A stretch of DNA of 63,725 bases, the filler included, from an uncultured Methanoregulaceae archaeon (lineage in GTDB: Archaea; Halobacteriota; Methanomicrobia; Methanomicrobiales; Methanospirillaceae): assembly GCA_964530035.1 (NCBI GenBank). It is 4 parts of 4 records of this genome, joined end to end, with 100 filler letters (N's around TTAATTAATTAA, not from the genome) between each part and the next. Parts side by side here need not be neighbours in the genome. Positions count along the whole stretch, not along the records: positions 16,677 to 32,567 come from CAZGXZ010000039.1; positions 32,668 to 48,457 come from CAZGXZ010000040.1; 2 more parts are not named here. The stretch is one strand, 5' to 3'. Positions 31,301-40,738 of this stretch are shown in pieces. Position 1 is the first letter of the stretch, and each line of letters opens with the position of its first letter. The position numbers were made by a program, and so were the translations under genes. The notes below the pieces were generated by a model. That model made no database searches, had not been told where the DNA came from, and was given only the letters and a program-made list of their open reading frames with translations.

Positions 31301-32567
31301 CCCGGTCGACCCACCGCTGCCACCTGGTGGTACCGTCCTTCATGACGGTACATTGCTCCATCGTCATCACCGGGTGTTCCGGGGTGAGGGAGGACAGCCC
31401 GGCGGCAAGCATTCTCTTATCTTCTTCAGGGATCTCCGGGTGGAAGCTGCTCCCGATAACATCCTCGCGGCGTATCCCGAAATAGCGGCAATAGGCTTCG
31501 TTGGTAAAGACATGGGTCCCGTCAGGGAGAAAGCGACAGATGAATTCCGTCTGGTCTTCGACAACATTCCTGTAGCGTGCCTCACTCTCCCGGAGTGCGT
31601 CCTGGGAACGGATCCGGAACAGAGCCGTTCCTACCTGCAATGCCAGCGTTTCCAGCGTTTGCCGGGTGGATATCGGGATTTCCTCGATGGTATGTGATGC
31701 AAGGTTCAGGATGGAAACCAGTTTTCCTTCGTACATGGCCGGTATGGATGCAAACGCTTTCAAACGCTCGTTATCCATGAGCTCATCCCGGCCGGGAGTG
31801 ATAATGTCTGAAAACTTCCCGAAAAAGGGGATGCCGGTATGGGCCCGGTGCAACTGCGGAGAATCCGAATCGTAATGCGAGGTATGCACAACAAACTGCG
31901 GCGACAGCCCCCGGTGCGCTACAAGGTCGACAGCTCCGGTATCAGGGTCGGCCATGTAGATCCCGCCCGCATCAAGCCCTTCGATGCGAAGGGCGGCGAG
32001 GAGGATCTCGTTGAATGCTTCATCGAGACTGGTGGTACGGCCGAGGGCAAGACTTAATTCATGCTGGATAGTGAGAGCGTCCTCTGCCTGCTTTCGTTCA
32101 GTGATATCGGCGAAGAAGTTCAGGGTGGCGGGCCGTCCGTCCCATTCGATGAGGACGATGCTGATCTCGACCCACCGCGTGGCCCCGTCCCGGGAGATCA
32201 CCCGGAAGCTGTAGCGGCAGGGAGGCTCCTCTCCGGCCAGTCGTTTCCTGTAGTGCTGTATGACCATGGCACGGTCATCCGGGTGGATGATCCTGTCGAA
32301 TGACATGGACAGGAGTTCCCGTTCAGAATACCCGGTCAGTTCCACGGCCCGCTGGTTCACCAGCCGGAGCATCCCGTCCTGGGCCACGACGATTACTTCG
32401 TTCGCGTTTTCAATCAGGCTGCGGTATTTCTCTTCACTTGCACGCAGAGCGCGTTCCACCTGTTTCCGCGAGGTGATGTCCCGGCACAGGCTTTGGATCA
32501 TGACCCCTGAGCCGGACTGGATAACCGAGGCATTCATCTCGATCGGCCGGACTGATCCGTACGGGGT
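28392..32567 (-). CDS. Multi-PAS/GAF sensor histidine kinase (5'-truncated by contig end)
   Basis: Multiple PAS/PAC repeats, one GAF; H-box GHDLKTPLT, NLVSNAVRYS, DTGIG, GLGLAI, GKGLGSTF. Confidence 0.93.
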   Translation of the reverse strand, partial: TPYGSVRPIEMNASVIQSGSGVMIQSLCRDITSRKQVERALRASEEKYRSLIENANEVIVVAQDGMLRLVNQRAVELTGYSERELLSMSFDRIIHPDDRAMVIQHYRKRLAGEEPPCRYSFRVISRDGATRWVEISIVLIEWDGRPATLNFFADITERKQAEDALTIQHELSLALGRTTSLDEAFNEILLAALRIEGLDAGGIYMADPDTGAVDLVAHRGLSPQFVVHTSHYDSDSPQLHRAHTGIPFFGKFSDIITPGRDELMDNERLKAFASIPAMYEGKLVSILNLASHTIEEIPISTRQTLETLALQVGTALFRIRSQDALRESEARYRNVVEDQTEFICRFLPDGTHVFTNEAYCRYFGIRREDVIGSSFHPEIPEEDKRMLAAGLSSLTPEHPVMTMEQCTVMKDGTTRWQRWVDRGIFDASGSLVEYQSVGRDITELKERENALKKKNEELLASYLKIAADEERLREQVEEIRAAQEARRESEQKFRAIFNQSFQFIGLLTLEGVLIDANQSALASLGTTRDDVIGKPFWETPWWTHSPELQEKLQKSVALAAQGHFVRFEATHPAAGGILHDIDFSLKPYMDESGRILYLIPEGRDISELKKAEKALLETERRLEDIINFLPDATFAIDQEGRVITWNRAIEEMTGVPASDMVGKGNYEYALPFYGERRPILIDLVMKDDELSIQKYSAVQKDGDALTAETSLPRLGGKDRILWGKAVLFRNPQGSVIGAIESIRDITDRKKVESALAANLDYLDQIYSSVQGGIVIIDARTHEIIDLNPYALNMMGTTKDRVLNKVCHTFICPSELGRCPITDLHQAVDNSERILLTEDGKKVDIIKYVVPFRFHGRECLLETFLDNTERKRAIDELQSAYAKLTSAEEELRRNYEKLRVQEQSLRASEENYRTVFENTGTATVVIAEDTVIELANEGFVHLSGFSREEIQGKKQWTEFVLPEDLERMQAQHRMRRLDREKALTHYDFRFVTKNGDIRSIYLFIDVIPGTKKSVASLLDITDRKRAEELFQTVFENTGTAMIVLEEDAVISHINEEMEKVLGYGKEELEGRMKWPELVVAEDRERMIRYHRLRRKEPGASPKDYEFRFIHKNGEIRDAALTVALIPGTRKSVGSIRDITEVKKLNQRIRERTEQVEQLLRQKDEFIAQAGHDLKTPLTPIIALLPHIIRKEKDPDLRALLEIVMESATSMKHLTNDILTLARLNQRFIMADTREMVLADEIEKVLAKHAWIIEKKGYRIENTVDKGARVRITPFHLSSILDNLVSNAVRYSEEGGTITLSSRTGDGVVGFSVADTGIGLTPEEMSRIFDEFYTADTSRHHRDSSGLGLAIVKRIVLLYGGDIHVESPGKGLGSTFTVTLPEHPGETHTMEKK

Positions 32568-32667
32568 NNNNNNNNNNNNNNNNNNNNNNNNNNNNNNNNN
32601 NNNNNNNNNNNTTAATTAATTAANNNNNNNNNNNNNNNNNNNNNNNNNNNNNNNNNNNNNNNNNNNN
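32568..32667. other. Artificial contig linker
   Basis: N runs flanking TTAATTAATTAA. Confidence 0.98.
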
Positions 32668-32951
32668 CGCGACCGTTTCACCCCGGCGATGATGCGGTCG
32701 TAGGCTTCGAGGGCGGCCGCTTCCGAGGTAATTCCAAGGACGACACCACCCACGTCGCTCTTATGGACGACCTCCGGCGAAATGACCTTCATGACGAGCG
32801 GGAATCCAACCCGCGTGGCTGCTGCAGGTACCTCCTCCCTCATGGCGGCAACGGCGTTTCTCGGAACGGAAATGCCTGATGCTTCCAGGAGCCGGTATGC
32901 ATCGGCTTCCGGCATGAGGGCTGGTCTCGCCCCGTCGGACACGGTCTCCAT
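32668..32951 (-). CDS. Acyl/acetate-CoA ligase (ADP-forming) ATP-grasp domain, N-terminal part, truncated
   Basis: EADAYRLLEASGISVP, GFPLVMKVISPEVVHKSDVGGV. Confidence 0.85.
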
Positions 32952-33115
32952 GCGTGCATTGCATATGGTCTTTGGATGTGATAAGCCTGACACCGTGCCC
33001 CTTCCGGTGTTTTGTACCACAGAGACACCTGGATCCCGCCACAAGCGTCTTATGGGGTCGCGTTCAAGATAATGCAGTATCCGGCCGCAGGCTGGAAAGC
33101 CAGGGAGAAATACCG

Positions 33116-33949
33116 ATGAACCGCCGCCAGCTCCTCATTGCCATCGTGGTCCTCGTCGCCGTACTCTGCGTGCTCGCCATCAGCCTTGGCATCCTCCTCC
33201 TTGCCTCGACCCACGAGCCTGGTCCGGCTGAAAACCAGCCTGGTGGTACGCCGCCGCCGACATCGGCCACAAAGCCGACCCGGGTGGCCAACCTCACCCG
33301 CACGCCTCTTCCTCTGCCGGCTAATGAAACCGTGACGATCAGGCCGACGAACGGCATCCTGACCCTCCCCACCCCGACCAGGGACGAGGCACTGCAGTAC
33401 CTGACCGAGGTCGCAATCGGCCCAGGCACCGGGGACCCGGACGAGCGGCTCCTGAAATGGAACAAGAAGGTCATCTACGTCCAGGTGAGCGGGGACGCCC
33501 GCTCGGAGGACCTTGCCTACCTCGGGCACATGCTCGACGAGTTCAACCTCATCTCCACGACCTCGAAGCTTGCCCTCAAGGACACCTACGGGGACATTGT
33601 CATCAAGTTCTTCCCACGGTCGCAGTTCTCAGCCGTCGACCCGTCCATGGACGAGTACCAGGACGGGTTCGTGAAGCGTGAGTCGCTTAACTACGTGATA
33701 ACGGGCGCCACCGGTTTCGTCGGCTCCGACCTTCCCGAGAAGGAGCGGTTCCAGGCCTTCCGGAGGACTCTGCTCTCGTCCCTCGGGTTGAAGAACACCG
33801 CCTGGACCTACCAGGACAGTGTCTTCTTTGGGAAGAACCTCGGGATAACCTCTCTCTCGAAGACCGACCGCGAACTCATCGGCTGGATGTACAGCGACAA
33901 GCTCAGCCCCGGGATGACGATCTTCGAAGTAAAACAGGCACTTTCGTGA
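33116..33949 (+). CDS. Membrane-anchored protein, DUF2927-like
   Basis: N-terminal TM, Pro/Thr linker, YLTEVAIG...LLKW, LLSSLGL.N.....DSVF, LSKTDRELI.WMY. Confidence 0.65.
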   Translation: MNRRQLLIAIVVLVAVLCVLAISLGILLLASTHEPGPAENQPGGTPPPTSATKPTRVANLTRTPLPLPANETVTIRPTNGILTLPTPTRDEALQYLTEVAIGPGTGDPDERLLKWNKKVIYVQVSGDARSEDLAYLGHMLDEFNLISTTSKLALKDTYGDIVIKFFPRSQFSAVDPSMDEYQDGFVKRESLNYVITGATGFVGSDLPEKERFQAFRRTLLSSLGLKNTAWTYQDSVFFGKNLGITSLSKTDRELIGWMYSDKLSPGMTIFEVKQALS

Positions 33950-35406
33950 CGGACAAGGGACAGGCACGGACCAGTGACACCCTGCGGATCCCGCCCGGGG
34001 CACGGTCCCGGCTTTCCGCTTTTTTCCAGGAGCCCGTGTTCTGGCCTGACATCGAGAACCGGATAGAGGCGTACATCGAAGAAAAGACGCAGAAGCCCTG
34101 GGACGACCCGCGGACCCTCCAGAAGCTCCGGGCGGCTGTCACCTCCCAGAAAGACCTGTACTGGAAGGAAGGGGAGGCACGGCGGATTTCCTACAAGAAG
34201 GGGTATAACGTCCTTGCCTACCTCTCGTACCACGCCCCTGTGTATAGTATCCAGGCAGCCTCCCTGCTGTTCTGGATGGCCCGCTCGGGCCTCGTGGGGC
34301 GTTCCGTCCGCCTCCTCGACGTCGGGGCCGGCCCCGGGATGGTCTCCCTTGCGGCCTCCCGCATCTTCCCGGAGATTGGTGTTGCCTCGACCCGCATATC
34401 CTCAATAGAGCAGGAACAGGAGCATATCGAGGCATATACCCGGCTCATGGAGAGACCCGGGGCGACGGTGCAGGTCGATGAACCGGTGCAGGCTGACATC
34501 CTCACGGCCGACCCCGTGGCGTCCGGTCCGTTCGACATCATCATGTTCCAGAACGTCCTGAACGAACTTAGGAAGACTCCGGAGGAGATCGCCGGGCTGC
34601 TTGCCAGGTACTCCCTGGCGCTCGCTCCCGGGGGGTCGGTCCTCATCGTCGAGCCAGCGGAGCGGGAGAGTGCCGGGCGCCTGCGACAGGTGACGTCCCA
34701 GGCGATGCGGCAGGGACTCTTCATCCACAGCCCGTGCCCGTTCCTGTACGGCGCCCGGTGCAACCCCGACCGCTGCTGGAGCTTCGTGACCCAGCCGGAG
34801 ATCAGGCCGACACGGATCATGCAGGCGCTTGCTGCCGGGGAGGACGGGTACCGGTTCAGGAACACCGACATCAAGTTCGCCTACGCCGTGCTCCGGAAGG
34901 AACGGACCTCTGCCATAGCGTACCGCGTACCCCGGGACTCGAAGGCGGTCCGGCTGTCGGCCCTCGGAAAGGTACGGGAGCGGGACGTCACGGTCATCGC
35001 TGCCGTGATGAGCGGGGAGCTCGGGGACGAGCGGTACCATGTGAGGAAACTCTGTGATGGCACGGGAGGCACCCCGGTCTTCGCCGTGCTGCCCCGCCAC
35101 CACCGTTCGGGCGGGAACACCCCGCTGGTCTCCGCCGCCTATGGCGACGTCCTGGCCCTCGGCCCGGTGAAGGTACGGTTCAACAGGGAAAAACAGGCCT
35201 ACAACCTCCTCCTCACCCGGGGGAGCCGTGCCGCCCCGGTCGAGTCCCCGGAACCCCTGCTCCTGCCGGCCCGGCGGGGCAGCGGACCGGGCGGCGGGAA
35301 GGAAATCCATACGTTCATCTCAACGGGGGACAAACCCTTGGTCAGAACGCAGAGGGACCAGCAGGACGTGCGGTGCGACCGTGAACCACATCATCTCGAT
35401 ACGTGA
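33946..35406 (+). CDS. Class I SAM-dependent methyltransferase, Rsm22/METTL17-like
   Basis: LLDVGAGPG, QNVLNEL, LIVEPA, SPCP...C....CWSF, KFAYAVL, KLC. Confidence 0.75.
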   Translation: MTDKGQARTSDTLRIPPGARSRLSAFFQEPVFWPDIENRIEAYIEEKTQKPWDDPRTLQKLRAAVTSQKDLYWKEGEARRISYKKGYNVLAYLSYHAPVYSIQAASLLFWMARSGLVGRSVRLLDVGAGPGMVSLAASRIFPEIGVASTRISSIEQEQEHIEAYTRLMERPGATVQVDEPVQADILTADPVASGPFDIIMFQNVLNELRKTPEEIAGLLARYSLALAPGGSVLIVEPAERESAGRLRQVTSQAMRQGLFIHSPCPFLYGARCNPDRCWSFVTQPEIRPTRIMQALAAGEDGYRFRNTDIKFAYAVLRKERTSAIAYRVPRDSKAVRLSALGKVRERDVTVIAAVMSGELGDERYHVRKLCDGTGGTPVFAVLPRHHRSGGNTPLVSAAYGDVLALGPVKVRFNREKQAYNLLLTRGSRAAPVESPEPLLLPARRGSGPGGGKEIHTFISTGDKPLVRTQRDQQDVRCDREPHHLDT

Positions 35407-36277
35407 CTTCGACAGGGCCGGCATAGACGAGTTCCTCGCCGAGGCTGACCGTATGACTGCCCGTGAATTCGACCGGCGGAGCCTTGACGGGAAAATCCTC
35501 GGCCTCCTGTTCTTCGAACCGAGCACCAGGACGAGGATGTCCTTCGAGGCTGCGATGGCGCGGCTCGGCGGGACCTCCATCAATGTCGGCTCCATCGAGG
35601 TCTCCTCCATGGCCAAGGGTGAAACCCTCTCCGACACCATCCGCGTGGTGAGCGGTTACGTGGACACGATTGTTCTCAGGCACCCGAAGGAGGGAGCCGC
35701 ACGCCTCGCCTCCGAGGTTGCCGACGTCCCGGTGATCAACGCCGGTGACGGTGCCGGCCAGCACCCGTCCCAGACCCTTATCGACCTGTACACCATCAGG
35801 CAGTCCATGCCCATCGACGGCATCGAGATCGGCCTCCTCGGCGACCTCCGGTACGGGCGGACGATCCACTCCCTCGCCCATGCCCTCTCCCTCTACCGGG
35901 TATCCATCCACACGATATCTCCGAACGGACTCGAACTGCCCCGCCCGCTCATCGAGTCGCTCCGGGACCTCGGCGCCGAGGTCATCGGGCATGACACCGT
36001 CGACGAGGCCATATCCGAGCTCGACGTGCTGTACGTGACCCGCATCCAGCGGGAACGGTTCCCGGATGCGGCCTCCTACTTCGACGTCGCCTCGAGCTAC
36101 CGTGTCGTCCCCGAGCTCTTCGAGAAGGCGAAAGACCACCTCATGGTCCTCCACCCGCTCCCGAGGGTGGACGAGATCGACCCGGGTGTTGATGCCCTCC
36201 CCTATGCACGGTACTTCGAGCAGGCGAGAAACGGGATCCCGGTCAGGATGGCGATGCTCCGGAGAGTGATGACATGA
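35381..36277 (+). CDS. pyrB: Aspartate carbamoyltransferase catalytic subunit
   Basis: FFEPSTRTRMSFE, KGETLSDT, HPSQTL.D, GDLRYGRT, HPLPR; GTG start at 35381. Confidence 0.97.
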   Translation: MNHIISIRDFDRAGIDEFLAEADRMTAREFDRRSLDGKILGLLFFEPSTRTRMSFEAAMARLGGTSINVGSIEVSSMAKGETLSDTIRVVSGYVDTIVLRHPKEGAARLASEVADVPVINAGDGAGQHPSQTLIDLYTIRQSMPIDGIEIGLLGDLRYGRTIHSLAHALSLYRVSIHTISPNGLELPRPLIESLRDLGAEVIGHDTVDEAISELDVLYVTRIQRERFPDAASYFDVASSYRVVPELFEKAKDHLMVLHPLPRVDEIDPGVDALPYARYFEQARNGIPVRMAMLRRVMT

Positions 36278-36744
36278 CCCGGGACGAGGGAAACGACGCC
36301 CCCCTCCTCATCAGCCCGATCAGGGACGGCACGGTCATCGACCATATCACCGGCGGCGAGGCCTTAAACGTCCTCAAGATCATCGGGATAACGGGGTCTA
36401 CCGGCGAGACGATCAGCGTCGCGACGAATGTCACGAGCGGGAAGGTCGGTACGAAGGACGTCGTGAAGATCGCCGACCGGGAGCTCCTGAAGGAGGAGGT
36501 CGACAAGATCGCCCTCATCGCGCCGCATGCGACCATCAACATAATCAGGGAGTACCGGGTCATCGAAAAGAAGGGCGTGGTCATCCCGGAGACGCTCACC
36601 GGCGTCATCCGGTGCCCGAACCCGGGCTGCATATCGAACACGAACGAACCAATCGAGAGCCGGTTCGCCGTCTTCCAGAAAGGTGTCCAGTGTGCCTACT
36701 GCGACTGGATCATCAACCGGGACATCACCAGCCACCTGATCTGA
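36274..36744 (+). CDS. pyrI: Aspartate carbamoyltransferase regulatory subunit
   Basis: GTVIDHI; CPNPGCISN...CAYC zinc site. Confidence 0.97.
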   Translation: MTRDEGNDAPLLISPIRDGTVIDHITGGEALNVLKIIGITGSTGETISVATNVTSGKVGTKDVVKIADRELLKEEVDKIALIAPHATINIIREYRVIEKKGVVIPETLTGVIRCPNPGCISNTNEPIESRFAVFQKGVQCAYCDWIINRDITSHLI

Positions 36745-36747
36745 TCC

Positions 36748-37371
36748 CTATTCCTTCACCGGGGCGCACGAGTGCAGGAGGCACGCCCGGGCCTCGGTTT
36801 CCCGGCCCATCCTCTTCAGGGTGTCAGCCTTTGCGAGGTACACGAAGGAGTTTATCGGGTTTACCGCGAGGATTTTATCAAAGATATGCAACGCTTCGTC
36901 CATCCTGCCCGTCTCCCGCAGGGCGATCCCCTTGCTCGCAAGAACCTTGATATCGCGGGGGTTGATGGCCAGGGACGCATCGAGGGCCACGATCGCCTCC
37001 TCGTACCGCTTCATGGCGATGAGGGCGTAGCCCTTGTTCGAGAGGGCATAGGTGTACCCCGGGTCGACCGCGAGGGCACGGTCCAGGATGGTGACCGCCT
37101 CCTCGTACCGCATCACCTTGCGGAGCGTATAACCGAGCCTGAACAGTGCTGATACGCGTTTCGGATCGATTTCAATGGCCTTTTTATAATATTCCACCGC
37201 CTGGTCGTGCCGGCCGAGGTCGTACCAGATGTCCCCGGCGGTCTCCCAGATCTCAGGGCTGGTCTCTTCCGGCGAGAGGTGTTCCTCGTACATCCGGATC
37301 GCCTCGTCTCTTCTCCCGGCCCTGACCAGCTCCCGTGCCCGTGCAAACCAGTCTTTCTGCTCCATATCCAT
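36748..37371 (-). CDS. Tetratricopeptide repeat protein
   Basis: Repeated G..L....RYEEA.....AL.I.P units. Confidence 0.9.
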   Translation of the reverse strand: MDMEQKDWFARARELVRAGRRDEAIRMYEEHLSPEETSPEIWETAGDIWYDLGRHDQAVEYYKKAIEIDPKRVSALFRLGYTLRKVMRYEEAVTILDRALAVDPGYTYALSNKGYALIAMKRYEEAIVALDASLAINPRDIKVLASKGIALRETGRMDEALHIFDKILAVNPINSFVYLAKADTLKRMGRETEARACLLHSCAPVKE

Positions 37372-37439
37372 GCCCGGTACTCATACTCCCCCCTCCACCG
37401 TTATGAAGGGATCGCCACTGTTCCCGGTGCTCAGGATGC

Positions 37440-37913
37440 CTACGGTCCGGTCGTCCCTGGGAGGAGGTGGCCGTGGACATCGATCTCTCCCCGGTAGATG
37501 CGGGTACTCGATATCCACCGCCCGTCCTCGGCGAGTACACAGGTGATCTGGTGGATGTCGACCTTCTTTCTGCCGTGCTCCTTCCGAAGGACGTTGATCT
37601 CGCGGGCTACCGGGAGCGTCTCCTCGGAGACGACGATGGCGTCGAAGTCCTCTTCGAGCGTCGTCCCGAACCGGTCGTTCAGCTCGAGGAGGGTATAGGG
37701 GGGGAGGAACCGCTCCTCCCTGATATATCCCTCGAGGTCGGCCTTCCTTTCCGCGAAAGGCCTGACCGGGTGGACCTTTTTTCCGGCGAAGGCATCCGAT
37801 GTGAGCCCTATCGTTACGTGACCGGAGGTGCCGGCGAGCTCGAACGAGCGGCTGATAAGCCTCCGGTGACCGTCATGGAGCGGATCAAACGTGCCCCCGA
37901 CCATAACCTTCAT
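37440..37913 (-). CDS. coaD: Archaeal phosphopantetheine adenylyltransferase
   Basis: GGTFDPLHDGH, GLTSD, IVVSEET, ISSTRI. Confidence 0.92.
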   Translation of the reverse strand: MKVMVGGTFDPLHDGHRRLISRSFELAGTSGHVTIGLTSDAFAGKKVHPVRPFAERKADLEGYIREERFLPPYTLLELNDRFGTTLEEDFDAIVVSEETLPVAREINVLRKEHGRKKVDIHQITCVLAEDGRWISSTRIYRGEIDVHGHLLPGTTGP

Positions 37914-37944
37914 GTCTTAGAGACTGGTACTCTTAACCACTATT

Positions 37945-38436
37945 ATGCCTGACGCCGGAACGATAGCGGCGAACGTTTTCATCGCCGGAAATGCGACGGT
38001 ACTCGGGGATGTGACCATCCTCGGGGATGCGAGTGTCTGGTTTGGCGCGGTCGTCAGGGCCGACAAGGACCGGGTCGTCATCGGGGAGCGTTCGAACATC
38101 CAGGACAACTGCGTCGTCCACACGAGCAAAGGACACCCGGTCATCGTCGGGGACGACGTCTCCGTCGGGCACGGTGCGGTCCTGCACGGCTGTACCATCA
38201 GCAGCCGGGTGCTCGTCGGAATGGGCGCGATAGTCCTGAACGGAGCCGTTATCGGCGAGGACTCCATCCTAGGCGCCGGCACCGTCGTCACCGAGGGCGC
38301 GGTCATCCCCCCCGGGTCGGTCGTCCTTGGGGTCCCGGGCAAGGTCGTGAAAGGCGTAACGGACGGGCAGCGGGAAAACATCAGGAACAACGCGGCATCG
38401 TACGTCGAACTGTCCCGGGGCTACATGCATGGCTGA
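37945..38436 (+). CDS. Gamma carbonic anhydrase-family hexapeptide protein
   Basis: IG..SNIQDNCVVH, VGHGAVLHGC. Confidence 0.92.
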   Translation: MPDAGTIAANVFIAGNATVLGDVTILGDASVWFGAVVRADKDRVVIGERSNIQDNCVVHTSKGHPVIVGDDVSVGHGAVLHGCTISSRVLVGMGAIVLNGAVIGEDSILGAGTVVTEGAVIPPGSVVLGVPGKVVKGVTDGQRENIRNNAASYVELSRGYMHG

Positions 38437-39718
38437 GGCGGTCGTCATCGGCGGGGGGATCGCCGGGATCACCGCCGCCCTCGATATCGCCGGCCATGGC
38501 ATCAGGGTCCACCTCGTCGAACGCGAGCCGTCCATCGGGGGCCACATGGCCCAGCTCGACAAGACGTTCCCGACGAACGACTGCTCGATGTGCATCCTCT
38601 CCCCGAAGATGGTCGAGGTCTCCCGCCACCCGCTCGTGACCATCCACACCTGTTCCGAGGTGAAGGAGGTGTCAGGCCAGGCCGGGGACTTCACCGTCAC
38701 CATCCTCAAGCACCCGAGGTTTGTGAACGAGGCGGACTGCAACGGCTGCGGGGACTGCGTCCAGATCTGCCCGGTCGAGGTGTACAACCGGTTCGATGCC
38801 GGAATAGGCGTCAGGAAGGCCATCTACAAGCCACACCCCCAGGTCGTCCCGGACATCGTCATCCGCGACACCGAGCACTGTATCGAGTGCGGACTGTGTT
38901 ACGATGCCTGCGGGACGGGAGCCGTCCTCCGCGAGGACGAGGAGAAGACGGTCACGGTGAAGGCCGCGGCCATCGTGGTCACGACGGGGTACCGCACCTT
39001 CGACCCGCGGGTCAAGGAGCAGCTCCGGTACTTCGACCTCCCGGACGTCATCACGAGCCTCGAGCTCGAACGGATGATCAACGCAAGCGGTCCTACGGGA
39101 GGCCGCCTGGCAAGGATTTCGGACGGCACGACCCCGAAGAGCGTCGTGTTCATCCAGTGCGTGGGGTCACGGGACGTTGCCATCGACCGGCCGTACTGCT
39201 CCTGCGTCTGCTGCATGTACGCGATGAAGGCTGCGATGCTGATCAGGGAAAAGTATCCGGATACCGAGGTCACGATCTGCTATATCGACCGGCGGGCGTA
39301 CGGCAAGGGGTACGAGGAGTACCTGAACCGGGCCGAGTCCCTTGGCGTGAGGTTCATCCGGGGCCTGCCGGCCGAGGTCTGCGGGAGCGGGGGCGACATG
39401 ACGGTCAGGGTCGAGAACACGGAAAAAGGGGAGATGGTCACGATCCACCCCGAACTGGTGGTCCTGTCGGTCGGGATGGAACCCGCCGACGACCTCTCCG
39501 GCCTGACGGAGATGCTCGGGCTCCCGGTTGACACGACCGGCTTCCTCTCCATCGAGGACCAGAAGATGGCGCCAGTCCGGACGCTCGTCCCCGGGATCTA
39601 CGTGGCCGGGACCGCGACGGCGCCCCGGGACATCCCTGACTGCGTCGCCCAGGGCGGGGCGGCCGCGATGCAGGTCGTCAGGGACGTCTACAAGAAGGCG
39701 GAGGCATGGAGCCTCTAA
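38429..39718 (+). CDS. Short HdrA-like FAD/Fe-S protein (heterodisulfide reductase A family)
   Basis: GGGIAG, LDKTFPTNDCSMCI, CNGCGDCVQICP, CIECGLCYDAC, QCVGSRD, YCSCVCCM, PRDIPD. Confidence 0.9.
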   Translation: MAEAVVIGGGIAGITAALDIAGHGIRVHLVEREPSIGGHMAQLDKTFPTNDCSMCILSPKMVEVSRHPLVTIHTCSEVKEVSGQAGDFTVTILKHPRFVNEADCNGCGDCVQICPVEVYNRFDAGIGVRKAIYKPHPQVVPDIVIRDTEHCIECGLCYDACGTGAVLREDEEKTVTVKAAAIVVTTGYRTFDPRVKEQLRYFDLPDVITSLELERMINASGPTGGRLARISDGTTPKSVVFIQCVGSRDVAIDRPYCSCVCCMYAMKAAMLIREKYPDTEVTICYIDRRAYGKGYEEYLNRAESLGVRFIRGLPAEVCGSGGDMTVRVENTEKGEMVTIHPELVVLSVGMEPADDLSGLTEMLGLPVDTTGFLSIEDQKMAPVRTLVPGIYVAGTATAPRDIPDCVAQGGAAAMQVVRDVYKKAEAWSL

Positions 39719-40737
39719 GACCGCTCTGGTGGGACGACCGGAAGGACTGCCTCTGTTTCATCGACCAGACGCTCCTCCCGGTGACGTACCGCGAGGTGGA
39801 GTGCCGGACGGTCGAGCGGCTGATCGAGGCGATCGCCCGGCTCGAAGTCAGGGGGGCCCCGGCGCTCGGGGTCGCCGGAGGGTACGGGGTCGTCCTCGCC
39901 ACCCGGCAGGCAACGGCCAGGGACTTTCCTGATTTCATACAGCATGTCCGTGACCTCTCGGCACAGGTCGCCGCGACCAGGCCCACGGCGGTGAACCTCT
40001 CGTGGGGGGTGGAGCAGGTCCTCTCCTCGCTTAAACGAGCTGAAACGGTCAGCGGGGCCAGGTTGGCCGCCCTGGCCGGGGCTGCCGCCGTGGCTGCAGG
40101 GGACGAGAAGACCTGCCACCGCATCGGGGAGCACGGTGCCCCCCTCATCCCGCCGGGAGCGACGGTTCTCACCCACTGCAATGCCGGGGCCCTGGCCTGC
40201 GCCGAGTGGGGGACGGCACTCGGGGTTATCAGGTCGGCGGTGGAATGCGGGAACGCCCTGTCGGTCATCGCCTGCGAGACCCGGCCGCTCCTCCAGGGGG
40301 CGAGGCTGACCGCCTGGGAGCTCCACCGTGACGGGATCCCGGTCAGGGTCATCCCGGACTCTGCGGCGGCATTCCTCATGGCACAGGGCAGGATTGCCTG
40401 CGTCATCACCGGGGCCGACCGGATCACCCGGGACGCCGTGTTCAACAAGATCGGGACCTACATGCACGCGGTCTGTGCGAAGCACCACGCCATCCCATTC
40501 TATGTAGCGGCCCCCCGTTCCACCCTTGACCCCGTGAACCAGGCAGCGGGCGTCTGCGTCGAGGAACGGGGGAGGGACGAGGTAGCCGCCCTGAATGGCC
40601 GCACCCTTGTCCCGGACGGCGTCCCGGTCACGAACTATGCCTTCGACATGACTCCGATGGAGCTCGTCACGGCGGTCATCACCGAGGACGGCGTGTTCCG
40701 TCCCCCGGGAGACCTTTCCCGGCTGTTTGAGAGGTGA
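39706..40737 (+). CDS. mtnA: S-methyl-5-thioribose-1-phosphate isomerase
   Basis: VRGAPALG, RPTAVNL, LTHCNAGALA, ETRPLLQGARLTAWEL, NKIGTY, AFD.TP. Confidence 0.93.
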   Translation: MEPLRPLWWDDRKDCLCFIDQTLLPVTYREVECRTVERLIEAIARLEVRGAPALGVAGGYGVVLATRQATARDFPDFIQHVRDLSAQVAATRPTAVNLSWGVEQVLSSLKRAETVSGARLAALAGAAAVAAGDEKTCHRIGEHGAPLIPPGATVLTHCNAGALACAEWGTALGVIRSAVECGNALSVIACETRPLLQGARLTAWELHRDGIPVRVIPDSAAAFLMAQGRIACVITGADRITRDAVFNKIGTYMHAVCAKHHAIPFYVAAPRSTLDPVNQAAGVCVEERGRDEVAALNGRTLVPDGVPVTNYAFDMTPMELVTAVITEDGVFRPPGDLSRLFER

Positions 40738-40738
40738 A

